Both the position numbers and the translations under genes were made by a program. Below are positions 1 to 8,780 of a stretch of 64,000 bases of DNA, piece after piece. This DNA comes from Acidobacteriota bacterium (GTDB lineage: Bacteria; Acidobacteriota; UBA6911). The notes below the pieces were generated by a model. It was given only the letters and a program-made list of their open reading frames with translations. It was not told the DNA's origin and searched no databases. The DNA lies in contig OY761556.1 in assembly GCA_963664705.1 (NCBI GenBank), positions 4,256,001 through 4,320,000 of the forward strand, in the 5' to 3' direction. Within the stretch, counting starts at the first letter, position 1, and every line of letters begins with the position of its first letter.

Positions 1-198
1 AAGGAAATGTTGTATCTCGCGGTCAGCGCCACAAACCAGTGCGGGTACTGCATTGCATCGCACACGGCCGCCGCAAGAAAGGCAGGAATGACGGAGGAAA
101 TGTTTGCCGAACTCATGGCGGTTGTCGGGATGGCAAATGAAACGAATCGCCTCGCCAGCGGATACCAGGTGGAAATCGATCCTCGGTTTAAAACCTAA
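1..198 (+). CDS. Carboxymuconolactone decarboxylase/AhpD-like protein, 3' part (runs off window)
   Basis: Open frame from base 1. KEMLYLAVSATNQCGYCIASH matches the AhpD-core ExxxxAVSxxNxCxYCxxxH motif. Confidence 0.85.
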   Translation, partial: KEMLYLAVSATNQCGYCIASHTAAARKAGMTEEMFAELMAVVGMANETNRLASGYQVEIDPRFKT

Positions 199-313
199 TT
201 TCGACTCGACGGCGCATACGCTCCAAAGGCTCAAAGTCTCTGCGCTGGCTCAAAACACCTGAGTCAAGTATGATGGTGAGGGCATCAGACCAAAATTAAC
301 CGGAGAAAACAAA

Positions 314-946
314 GTGCTTGTCAGACAATTCGAAGTCGGGAATTTCAATATATTCAGCTACCTCGTGGCAGATGAACAGACCAAGGAAGCGTTATTCATT
401 GATCCGTCTGCGGAACAGGATCTTCTTCTCAAGGAAGCCGCCGTTCACGGCCTGACGATCAAATATATTGTCAATACGCATCACCACATTGACCATACCA
501 TGGGCAACAGGGAGATGGCCGGCAGAACCGGCGCCAAAATAATCATCCACGAATTGGATGCCCCTGAGCTTCAGTCTACTCCCCGCGAAATGCTGGAAAT
601 GTTCGGGGCCCAGCAATCGCCGCCCGCGGACATCCTGGTCGCAGACAACCAGCAGATCCAGGTCGGAAGCATAGCGCTCCAGGTCATTCATACACCAGGA
701 CACACGCCAGGAGGTATGTGCCTGTACACTGACGGCATGGTTTTCACCGGCGACACACTGTTTGTGGGATCAATCGGCAGAACCGATTTCCCGGGCGGTT
801 CTTGGGATCAACTGGAGCAGTCAGTGAAGACCAGGCTCTATACGCTCCCTGGAAATACCGTGGTTTTTCCGGGACACAATTATGGGATGCAGCCCAGTTC
901 CACCATTGATCTGGAACGGCGAACAAACCAATTCATTCGCGGATAG
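314..946 (+). CDS. MBL-fold metallo-hydrolase (glyoxalase II-like)
   Basis: THHHIDH, HTPGHTPG, FTGDTLF and PGH motifs. GTG start after GGAG. Confidence 0.9.
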   Translation: MLVRQFEVGNFNIFSYLVADEQTKEALFIDPSAEQDLLLKEAAVHGLTIKYIVNTHHHIDHTMGNREMAGRTGAKIIIHELDAPELQSTPREMLEMFGAQQSPPADILVADNQQIQVGSIALQVIHTPGHTPGGMCLYTDGMVFTGDTLFVGSIGRTDFPGGSWDQLEQSVKTRLYTLPGNTVVFPGHNYGMQPSSTIDLERRTNQFIRG

Positions 947-997
947 CTATTCGAGGCAGTTGCCCTAGGGACCGTTGACTGCCAATCCAAAAGGAGT

Positions 998-2719
998 GTG
1001 TGGATGAAAGCATATGCTGCCGCGACATTGGCTATTCTCTGTGCGCTGGCGCTGTCCTTTTCTGCAGCAGCAACGGCACCGGCTTCCAACCTCATTGTGC
1101 AGGTGCTCCGGGATGAATTGAACCGGGCCATGGCAGTTCTGCGCACGCAAAGCGACCCTGCCTACTTTCTATCCTATGAAGTGACGGATCTCAGCGGCAC
1201 GAACATCGATGCCAATCTCGGTGCACTGCGTTCCAGCCGGACCAGCCATGCCCGCTACCTCGATATCGAAGTTCGGATCGGAGACTATGGATTCGACAAC
1301 ACTCACCAGATCCGTGGGGCTCGCGGCGGCAGTTCTGCCCCTGCCTACTCGGATCCGGTTATCATGCCGATCGAGGATGACGTCTACGCTCTGAAAAGCG
1401 TGATTTGGCTGGAGACCGATCGCAGATACAAGGCGGCTGTCGAGCGTTGGATCCAGGTAAAGGCCAATCGTGCGATCAAAGTGGAAGAGGACAACATTTC
1501 GTCCGATTTATCCCTGGAGAATGCCCAGACAGCCTCGCTTCCATTGGCCAGCGTTCCTGTCAATTCAGGCGACTGGGAAAACAGGGCGAGAAAATACTCC
1601 TCGCTCTTCGCCCAATACCCCGAATTGCTCGAGGGCTCCGTGTCGTTCACTTCCACCGCCACCAACAAATACCTTGTGAATAGCGAAGGCACGTCGATTC
1701 AATACGGGAAACCGTCATTTCGACTGGGTATCTATGGGAGAACCAAGGCCGAAGATGGTATGGAGTTATATCGATTCGAGGCCTTTGATGCGCTGTCCGT
1801 ATCGGGAATGCCTGAAGACGCCGTTGTCTACAATGCGGTCGAGCGCATCGCCAAAGATCTAAAAGCACTTCGCTCGGCTCCCATGATCGAACCCTACACC
1901 GGACCGGCAATTTTATCAGGCCGCGCGGCCGGCGTTTTCTTCCACGAAATCTTTGGTCATCGGATTGAAGGACAGCGGCAAAAGAACGATGATGAAGGCC
2001 AGACCTTCAGCAGGCAAATCAACAAGCCCGTGCTTCCCGAATTCCTTTCCGTTATCGACGACCCGACCTCAAGACAATCCGTCGGGATCGATCTGAACGG
2101 TTATTATCCCTTTGACGACGAGGGAGTCGCCGCCCACGCGGTCCCGATCGTGGAAAACGGCATCCTGAAAAACTTCCTGATGTCGCGCCTTCCCCTTCCC
2201 GGATTTGCTCAATCCAATGGCCATGGACGCAAAGCCCCCGGATACCGGCCGGCCGGCCGCCAGGGCAATCTCATGGTCGTGGCATCCCGGTCGGTTTCGA
2301 ATGCACGCCTGCGTGAAATGCTGATTGAAGAGGTCAAGAAACAGGGCAAACCATTCGGGCTGTTCTTCGACGACATCTCCGGCGGATTCACTACAACGAG
2401 CCGCTCCAGCCCCCAGGCATTCCAGGTAACTCCTATTATGGTTTACCGTATATATGCGGATGGCCGCCCGGACGAGCTGGTCCGTGGCGTGGACCTGATT
2501 GGTACGCCTTTGACTTCTTTCAGCAAGATCGTGGCGGCGGGAGACCGACAGGAAGTTTTCAACGGCTTCTGTGGAGCCGAATCCGGATCGGTCCCGGTAT
2601 CAGCCGTCGCCCCCGCGATTCTGACCACGCAGATCGAGGTTCAGAAAAAGCCGAAATCGGCAGAACGCCTGCCCATCCTGCCGCCGCCTCCGGCAACACC
2701 AGAGGGAGGACGGCCATGA
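998..2719 (+). CDS. TldD-like metalloprotease with N-terminal signal peptide
   Basis: FFHEIFGHRIEG (HExxGH), DDEGV, SNGHGR and C-terminal FCGAESG motifs. Hydrophobic N-terminus. Start is GTG998 or ATG1004. Confidence 0.88.
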   Translation: MWMKAYAAATLAILCALALSFSAAATAPASNLIVQVLRDELNRAMAVLRTQSDPAYFLSYEVTDLSGTNIDANLGALRSSRTSHARYLDIEVRIGDYGFDNTHQIRGARGGSSAPAYSDPVIMPIEDDVYALKSVIWLETDRRYKAAVERWIQVKANRAIKVEEDNISSDLSLENAQTASLPLASVPVNSGDWENRARKYSSLFAQYPELLEGSVSFTSTATNKYLVNSEGTSIQYGKPSFRLGIYGRTKAEDGMELYRFEAFDALSVSGMPEDAVVYNAVERIAKDLKALRSAPMIEPYTGPAILSGRAAGVFFHEIFGHRIEGQRQKNDDEGQTFSRQINKPVLPEFLSVIDDPTSRQSVGIDLNGYYPFDDEGVAAHAVPIVENGILKNFLMSRLPLPGFAQSNGHGRKAPGYRPAGRQGNLMVVASRSVSNARLREMLIEEVKKQGKPFGLFFDDISGGFTTTSRSSPQAFQVTPIMVYRIYADGRPDELVRGVDLIGTPLTSFSKIVAAGDRQEVFNGFCGAESGSVPVSAVAPAILTTQIEVQKKPKSAERLPILPPPPATPEGGRP

Positions 2720-4401
2720 AGACACTGATCCGATTCGCGCAATCCATATTTGGCCTGCTTTTCCTGTGTCTCGCACTGGCTCCTGTCGCTTCTGGACAGA
2801 ATCAGTCGCCCCGTGGGGATGCAGTCATGAACGCAATGAGCGACGAGCTCAGCCGCTCCATGGCTGAACTCCAGTTGAAGGATTTGGGGAAGCCCTATTT
2901 TGTGCAATACACCGTGATGGACGAAGAAGAGTATGCCGGGCAGGCCACGTTTGGAGCATTGACATCCTGGGAGTGCGTACGGCAGCGCGTAATGCAGGCG
3001 CAGGTTCGGGTGGGCTCTTATCAGCTCGACAGTTCGGACTTCCTATCGAGCCGCGGCGAATCCTCCGGGACACAGTTGGTCCAGACCGCGGTGGACAATG
3101 ACTATCGGGAACTCCGACATTCATTGTGGCTGGCAACGGATGCCGCCTACAAACAGTCTGCGGAGATGCTGGCACGCAAACGAGCCTTTCTGCAAAACAA
3201 GGTTCAGGAGGACCAGACCCCGGATTTCTCAAAGGAAAAAGCGCTTCAGTCGATAAAGGCTCGGCAGAATCTCAAGTTCAACACCGCTGAAATGCAGGAG
3301 CGCTTGAGAGATTGGTCCCGCCTGTTCCAGCTGTATCCCGAAATACAGAAATCGCGAGTGGGCATGATTTTGCGTCTTACTCATCGATATCTTGTGAATA
3401 GCGAAGGGACGCATGTCCTGCAGCCTTCCCTGCTGCTTATCGTTGAAATTGAGGCGAGTGCGCAGGCTGCCGACGGCATGCAGATCACACAATCGATCCC
3501 ATTCTACGCCCGAAGTTTCAATGCACTTCCCTCAGCCAAAAAAATCGAGTCTTCCATTGAGGAAATGGCTGAGCAGATGAAGCAGCTTCGTGCGGCCCCT
3601 CTCTTGAAGGAGGATTACTCCGGTCCGGTACTCTTGACCGGGACCGCATCCCCCGATTTTTTTGCCCGTGTCCTGGCTTCAAATCTCACCGGTCAGCGGG
3701 GCCCGATGACGGACCGGATGCAGCAGGCCGCACGCACGAGCGATCTTCTGGATCGTATGAATAGGCCCATTTTGCCGGTATATATCTCTGTTTACGATGA
3801 CCCCGCCATGGACCGTTTTGGCAATGAGCCTCTGATCGGAAGCTATGACATCGATGATCAGGGAGTTCCCGCACAACGTGTTTCACTCGTCGAATCGGGA
3901 ATTCTCACTGATTTTCTGATGGCTCGCCGACCCATTCCCGGCCATCTGCAATCCAACGGGCATGGCCGGTCCGGCTTCCCCGGCCGGGAGACGGCGACCA
4001 TCAGCAACCTGATCCTGACCGCGGAAAAGGGGAAGAGCTATTCGGACCTCAAACAGGAACTGATTCGGTTATGCAGGGAGGAAAGACTATCCTATGGCAT
4101 CGTGATCAAGGCTCTCGGCCCCGTATCAAACGGGCTTTTTCCATTTCTCGTCTATAGGGTCAATGTTGCGGATGGTTCGGAAGAGCTGATTCGCGGCGTG
4201 AATCCGGCCGGCTTTGCGGTTCGGTCGCTGCGTCACATTCAGGCCGCCGGAGATACCATTGTAGTGGCGAATCGTCTGATGGGTACGCCGGGAGCGGAAA
4301 CTCCTGTCAGCGTCGCGGCTCCCGCGGTATTACTTGAGGAAATGGAACTGAAGCGATTCACCGGCGCCCAGCAGCGTCCTTCAATTCTGTCCAGGCCCTA
4401 A
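2716..4401 (+). CDS. TldE/PmbA-like non-catalytic partner with signal peptide
   Basis: Paralog of the upstream ORF (NSEGT, DDQGV, SNGHGR) lacking HExxH. ATGA overlap with the upstream gene. Confidence 0.83.
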   Translation: MKTLIRFAQSIFGLLFLCLALAPVASGQNQSPRGDAVMNAMSDELSRSMAELQLKDLGKPYFVQYTVMDEEEYAGQATFGALTSWECVRQRVMQAQVRVGSYQLDSSDFLSSRGESSGTQLVQTAVDNDYRELRHSLWLATDAAYKQSAEMLARKRAFLQNKVQEDQTPDFSKEKALQSIKARQNLKFNTAEMQERLRDWSRLFQLYPEIQKSRVGMILRLTHRYLVNSEGTHVLQPSLLLIVEIEASAQAADGMQITQSIPFYARSFNALPSAKKIESSIEEMAEQMKQLRAAPLLKEDYSGPVLLTGTASPDFFARVLASNLTGQRGPMTDRMQQAARTSDLLDRMNRPILPVYISVYDDPAMDRFGNEPLIGSYDIDDQGVPAQRVSLVESGILTDFLMARRPIPGHLQSNGHGRSGFPGRETATISNLILTAEKGKSYSDLKQELIRLCREERLSYGIVIKALGPVSNGLFPFLVYRVNVADGSEELIRGVNPAGFAVRSLRHIQAAGDTIVVANRLMGTPGAETPVSVAAPAVLLEEMELKRFTGAQQRPSILSRP

Positions 4402-5746
4402 ACCTGGACACCCACTATTTTTGAATATTTCTTCGCTCAATTCCCATGGTTCGCCATTAGTAACTATGCGAGGAGGCAAACCATGGGATTGGCAAGAAAC
4501 AACTATGTCATCGAAGGGGAGGAAGGTGTTTATCACTGCATCAGCCGATGCGTCCGCAGAGCTTATCTTTGCGGATATGACCCGCTTAGCGGCCGGGACT
4601 TCTCCCATCGCAAAAAATGGATTCTCGATCGTTTGAAACATCTTGCCGGCATCTTCGCCATCGACGTATGCGCTTACGCCATCATGGAAAACCACGTGCA
4701 TTCCATCTTGCGCACTCGACCCGACATTCTTCGCTCCTGGTCTGATTCCGATGTCGCCGCTCGCTGGCTTGAGCTTTGCCCCCGAAAATCCTGCATCGGC
4801 AAAAAACCCCTTCCTCCTCGGGCTGAACAGATCCAGGCCTTAACCGATTGTCCGGAACACATTGCGGTTCTGCGCAAGCGGTTGGGCAGCTTGAGTTGGT
4901 TCATGTCCAAATTCAATGAATTCATCGCGCGCAAGGCCAACAAGGAGGATATCGTCAAGGGCCGCTTCTGGGAATCCCGCTTCAAATGCCAGGCACTCCT
5001 GGATGGCCCCGCTATCACAGCCTGCATGGTCTATGTTGATTTGAATCTGGTCCGGGCCGGTATTGCTTCTACTCCCGAAGACAGCGACTTCGCCAGCATC
5101 CAGGAGCGTCTCCGCGCCTGGCATCGCCAATCCTTGTCCCAGCAACCAGCCTCTCAACCCAGTGATTCGGACCCGGCTTTCGATCATTCTCCACTTGAAA
5201 CTGCTTCCGACAGCTGGCTGGCTCCGATTCAGTCCACCCCCGGTCGACGGGGCATCCTCGACATATCCGCAGCCGAATATTTTGATCTGGTCGACCGATC
5301 GGGACGCGTGATTCGCTCTGATAAGCCCGGGTTCATCGACGCCCGCCTTGCCCCGATCCTGAATCGCATCGGAGCTGTTCCCAAGGAATGGAGGGAAACC
5401 ATATCTCATTTTGGTTCCACATTCCTGCTGGCCGCTGGCAGCCTGACCCACATGCGTGAATTCGCAGACCGGCTCAACCGGCATTGGTTCAAAGGCTTGT
5501 CGACCGCTCGATCCGTTTTCGCATAGTCCGGAGTATTCTGGACTCAGCGCATTTTCGGGATTAATCCAATGTCCGCCTGCCTACCCGCGTAAAATACTCT
5601 CGAATAGCTCATCAACTACGAAGAACATCACAATTCTTCTTATGGTATTCTCCAACAGCTCGCATCGAAAGTCGGAGCTTTTCTACCGGGATCTTTCCCG
5701 AAACTCCTCGCTCGGTTTTCCGAACAAATCATGGGTGTCCAGGTTT
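4400..5746 (+). mobile_element. 1347-bp IS-like element encoding a RAYT-like HUH/Y1 transposase, bounded by 15-bp inverted repeats
   Basis: AAACCTGGACACCCA (4400-4414) and TGGGTGTCCAGGTTT (5732-5746) are exact reverse complements enclosing the transposase gene. Confidence 0.75.
4483..5526 (+). CDS. REP-associated tyrosine transposase (RAYT)-like, IS200-superfamily Y1 HUH transposase
   Basis: YHCISRCVRR, AIMENHVH (HUH), GRFWESRFK and MVYVDLN (catalytic Tyr) motifs. AGGAGG RBS. Confidence 0.9.
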   Translation: MGLARNNYVIEGEEGVYHCISRCVRRAYLCGYDPLSGRDFSHRKKWILDRLKHLAGIFAIDVCAYAIMENHVHSILRTRPDILRSWSDSDVAARWLELCPRKSCIGKKPLPPRAEQIQALTDCPEHIAVLRKRLGSLSWFMSKFNEFIARKANKEDIVKGRFWESRFKCQALLDGPAITACMVYVDLNLVRAGIASTPEDSDFASIQERLRAWHRQSLSQQPASQPSDSDPAFDHSPLETASDSWLAPIQSTPGRRGILDISAAEYFDLVDRSGRVIRSDKPGFIDARLAPILNRIGAVPKEWRETISHFGSTFLLAAGSLTHMREFADRLNRHWFKGLSTARSVFA

Positions 5747-5753
5747 CCAGGCC

Positions 5754-6395
5754 TTACTTAACTGCGGCTAGAATTTTGTTCAGGAATGCCGCCTCAGGAC
5801 CAGACCCTTCAATGGAGTGATTCTCATTGATGACGGTTTTCGGCACACCTCGAATGCTGTATTTCTGAGCCAGGTGCGGAAATTCCGAAACCTCCACGGC
5901 ATCCACCGTAATCAGTCGATTTTCCATGGCGGCTTGATGCGCCAGCTGCACCGCAGCCGGGCAATACGGTCAGGTAGGGGTAACAAAAACCTGGAGATGA
6001 ACCGGAACATCTATCTCCTTCAATAGCTGCCTGCTCTCCGGAGACAGGTTCGAATCACCCTGCGAAACCATAATGATGCTGTGCAGAAATGACGAGAACT
6101 CATATCCGGCGGGTATGCCATAAAAGCGAATACCGACCCCGACCCCGTTCTCCACTACGGTGGCCGGGACCTTGTCAATTTTATACTTCGAGACCATTTC
6201 CTGGTCGGCTTTAAAATCAAACACTTGCAGTTTGATTCTGTCCTCGATGGCGCACAGCTCTTCCAACAACTCGCGGTTATCTTTGCAATAATCGCAGTCC
6301 ATCTCCTGGGTGAAATAGCTGAGCGTAACCTCCGATTTCATTTCACTTAAAGCCCGTTTGATTTCGGGTTTGTCGGAATCCTGGATGAATGCCAT
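5754..6395 (-). CDS. Protein-disulfide oxidoreductase (glutaredoxin-like, two thioredoxin folds), selenoprotein with UPYC
   Basis: ORFs 5970..6443 and 5754..5951 are one frame joined by TGA at 5970-5972: VFVTPT-U-PYCPAAVQLAH. N-terminal CDYC, GIPAGYEF and GVPKTVIN motifs. GGAGG RBS before ATG6395. Confidence 0.88.
5938..5963 (-). promoter_or_regulatory. Candidate bacterial SECIS hairpin
   Basis: mRNA UGCCCGGCUGC-GGU-GCAGCUGGCGCA forms an 11-bp stem with one bulge. The G-containing apical loop starts 18 nt after the UGA. Confidence 0.65.
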
Positions 6396-6442
6396 CCGCA
6401 CCTCCATTCCTATGGTTGAGGTCAACGAGTTTTGCAGAAACA

Positions 6443-8446
6443 CTAACCCTGATAGATTTTGCGCATCAGATCGGCAAATTGTCCGAAGCGCAAGGCCTGC
6501 GGACCATCGCTGAGCGCCTTTTCCGGTTCAGGGTGAATTTCAACGACCAATCCGTGAGGCCCTACCGCGTGCGCGGCAAGTGCGAGCGGAATGACCAGAT
6601 CTCTTTTGCCTGCCGCATGCGACGGATCCACGATGATCGGCAAATGTGTCAGACTTTTCAGAATAGGGATAGAGCCGAGATCGAGCGTATTCCGAGTAGC
6701 GGTCTCAAAGGTCCGGATGCCCCGTTCACACAGGATCACCTGGTGATTGCCCCGATCAAGAATGTACTCGGCCGCACTCAGAAATTCCTCCATCGTCGAC
6801 ATCATCCCGCGTTTGAGAAGCACCGGGCGATTGGACCGGCCCACTTCGCTCAGAAGGCTGAAATTCTGCATATTGCGTGCTCCGATTTGCAGCACGTCCG
6901 CGTATCGCGAGACCGGCTCCACATCCGAGGGCGAAAGAACTTCAGTCACAATAGGCAGGTCATATTCTTTACCGGCCTCAGCCAACAACTCCAGCCCTTC
7001 AAAGCCCATCCCCTGAAAACTGTAGGGACTTGTTCTCGGCTTGAAACAACCGCCCCGCAACAATTGTCCGCCACACTCTTTCACATAGCGCGCGCACTTG
7101 TGGATCTGTTCTCTCGACTCCACGGCACATGGGCCGGCAATGACCACAAACCCCGGCCCCCCAATCCTCACACCACCGATGGATATGATGGTGTCATCCG
7201 GCTTGTGCCCACGGCTCGCCAGTTTATAGCTGCCGGATTCTTTCTTGGCCGGAGCCTGCTCGGGAACCTCCTCCGGCTCTGCAGCACCCGATGCAAGAAC
7301 CTCAACCCTGGGAGAAGTCTTGGCCCGATGCTGCGCCGGATAGGAGCCAAGCACTTTCAGCGAAGTGGTTGCCGAGCGAAGCTGAGCAACAGCTCGGGCA
7401 ATTCTCTCCTCCCCGATATTGCCTTCGAAATCGAGGTAGAACATATATTGAAAAGGCATGCCCGGAATTGGACGGCTTTCCAGTTTCGAAAGATTGATCT
7501 GATATTCGTGCAACAGGGTTAGCGCTTGCAGCAATGATCCCTCTTCGTGCGACGTTGCCATGATCAGCGATGTCTTGCAGGGAATTCGCAGGTCCACAGT
7601 CGCGGGTTTCTTCGCCAATATCAGGAACCGCGTATAGTTGTTCTGCTGATCTTCAATATTCCGGCGAATCACTTTCAAACCATACAACCTTGCAGCTTCC
7701 TCACTGGCAATGGCCGCGACACTCGGATCCTTGGCATCCTTCACCTTGAGGACAGCCATTGCCGAGTCCGTATAGGGCATCGCCTGACAATTTGGAAGCT
7801 TGGCCACAAATTTCATACACTCCGCCAGCGCCTGGGGATGGGAGTAAATTTGCCGAACGCTGGCCAGCGGGACCTCGTCGAGACCTAGCAGGCAGTGCTC
7901 CACACGCAAAACCTCTTCACCCACAATGGAGAGCTGGGCAATCGACAGCAGATCGTATACCTCGTTAATGCTGCCAGCCGCCGTATTCTCAACCGGAACA
8001 AGCCCATAGTCCACATCGCCGTCCTCTACAGCATTAACAACCTGCTCCAGTGTATCGACACCGACAAAAACAGTCTTATCGAGATAGGGAGAAAAATACT
8101 TGCGCCCGGCCAATTCGCTATAAGCCCCTTCGATCCCCTGAAAGGCAACACGCTTCAATTCCGACTTGTCATAATCGAGAAGATGCAGTTGCTGGGAACG
8201 GATTGAATCATCGATGATCTCATGAAAGACTCGTGTAACGAGATGCGCATCGAGACCCTGGCCGCGCCCCTTGGCAATCAGTCCATCAAGCAGCTGCTCT
8301 TCCCTGCCGGCATCGCGTATCGGCGATCCGAGCTGATCCTTGGCTTCAATGATTCTTTCCGCCAACTTGCGCCGGTCGGCCAAAGCCTTTAGTATTCGTT
8401 CATCAACGGAGTTTATTTCACCTCTGATTTTCTCAAGATCGTCCAT
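6443..8446 (-). CDS. Fused chorismate mutase / prephenate dehydratase-ACT / DAHP synthase (type I-beta)
   Basis: N-terminal AroQ-type CM. PDT motifs ([25 protein letters not shown]) and ACT (ESRP). DAHP synthase motifs [20 protein letters not shown] and DPSH. Confidence 0.9.
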   Translation of the reverse strand: MDDLEKIRGEINSVDERILKALADRRKLAERIIEAKDQLGSPIRDAGREEQLLDGLIAKGRGQGLDAHLVTRVFHEIIDDSIRSQQLHLLDYDKSELKRVAFQGIEGAYSELAGRKYFSPYLDKTVFVGVDTLEQVVNAVEDGDVDYGLVPVENTAAGSINEVYDLLSIAQLSIVGEEVLRVEHCLLGLDEVPLASVRQIYSHPQALAECMKFVAKLPNCQAMPYTDSAMAVLKVKDAKDPSVAAIASEEAARLYGLKVIRRNIEDQQNNYTRFLILAKKPATVDLRIPCKTSLIMATSHEEGSLLQALTLLHEYQINLSKLESRPIPGMPFQYMFYLDFEGNIGEERIARAVAQLRSATTSLKVLGSYPAQHRAKTSPRVEVLASGAAEPEEVPEQAPAKKESGSYKLASRGHKPDDTIISIGGVRIGGPGFVVIAGPCAVESREQIHKCARYVKECGGQLLRGGCFKPRTSPYSFQGMGFEGLELLAEAGKEYDLPIVTEVLSPSDVEPVSRYADVLQIGARNMQNFSLLSEVGRSNRPVLLKRGMMSTMEEFLSAAEYILDRGNHQVILCERGIRTFETATRNTLDLGSIPILKSLTHLPIIVDPSHAAGKRDLVIPLALAAHAVGPHGLVVEIHPEPEKALSDGPQALRFGQFADLMRKIYQG

Positions 8447-8540
8447 GCCGGCTCCTTCCAGGAAATCGTGTATCCACAGGAAACGTTCATTGTCCCACAG
8501 AATAGCTCCGTCTAGAATAGTAAGTCGTTGTCACGAGTCG

Positions 8541-8692
8541 GCAGCGGTCATCCTCAGCCCGCTCAACGAACGGTACAAGGATATGAATAAATACCTTTTA
8601 TCGTGGGGGTAATGTTCCTGCTCGCCGGAATTTTCTGGTTGGCCGGAGCCCGATTTCTGCAGCGCGATACCGTCAACCCACAAAGTTCTTGA
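8541..8692 (+). pseudogene. Possible frameshifted C-terminal remnant of an MFS transporter
   Basis: AAVILSPLNERYKDMNK followed, in another frame, by FIVGVMFLLAGIFWLAGARFLQRDTVNPQSS*. This resembles a last MFS transmembrane helix, and no upstream gene body is present. Confidence 0.35.
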
Positions 8693-8708
8693 AGCAATGC
8701 AAGGCAGC

Positions 8709-8767
8709 AAAAAAGCGGAGAACCCGGAAGCTCTCGAACCGGGCTTTCAAGCTTCCAGGTTCTCCGC
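8709..8767 (-). terminator. Rho-independent terminator for the GH3 gene
   Basis: GCGGAGAACC...GGTTCTCCGC inverted repeat with a T6 tract on the minus strand. Confidence 0.6.
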
Positions 8768-8780
8768 CGCACAATCTGTG

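Noticed and set aside
5527-5731. Mini CRISPR array
   Set aside because: The repeats are too short, degenerate and irregularly spaced, and no cas genes are present.
5754-6443. Two separate ORFs or a nonsense pseudogene
   Set aside because: The TGA sits at the catalytic Cys position with a SECIS-like hairpin, so Sec read-through is the better explanation.
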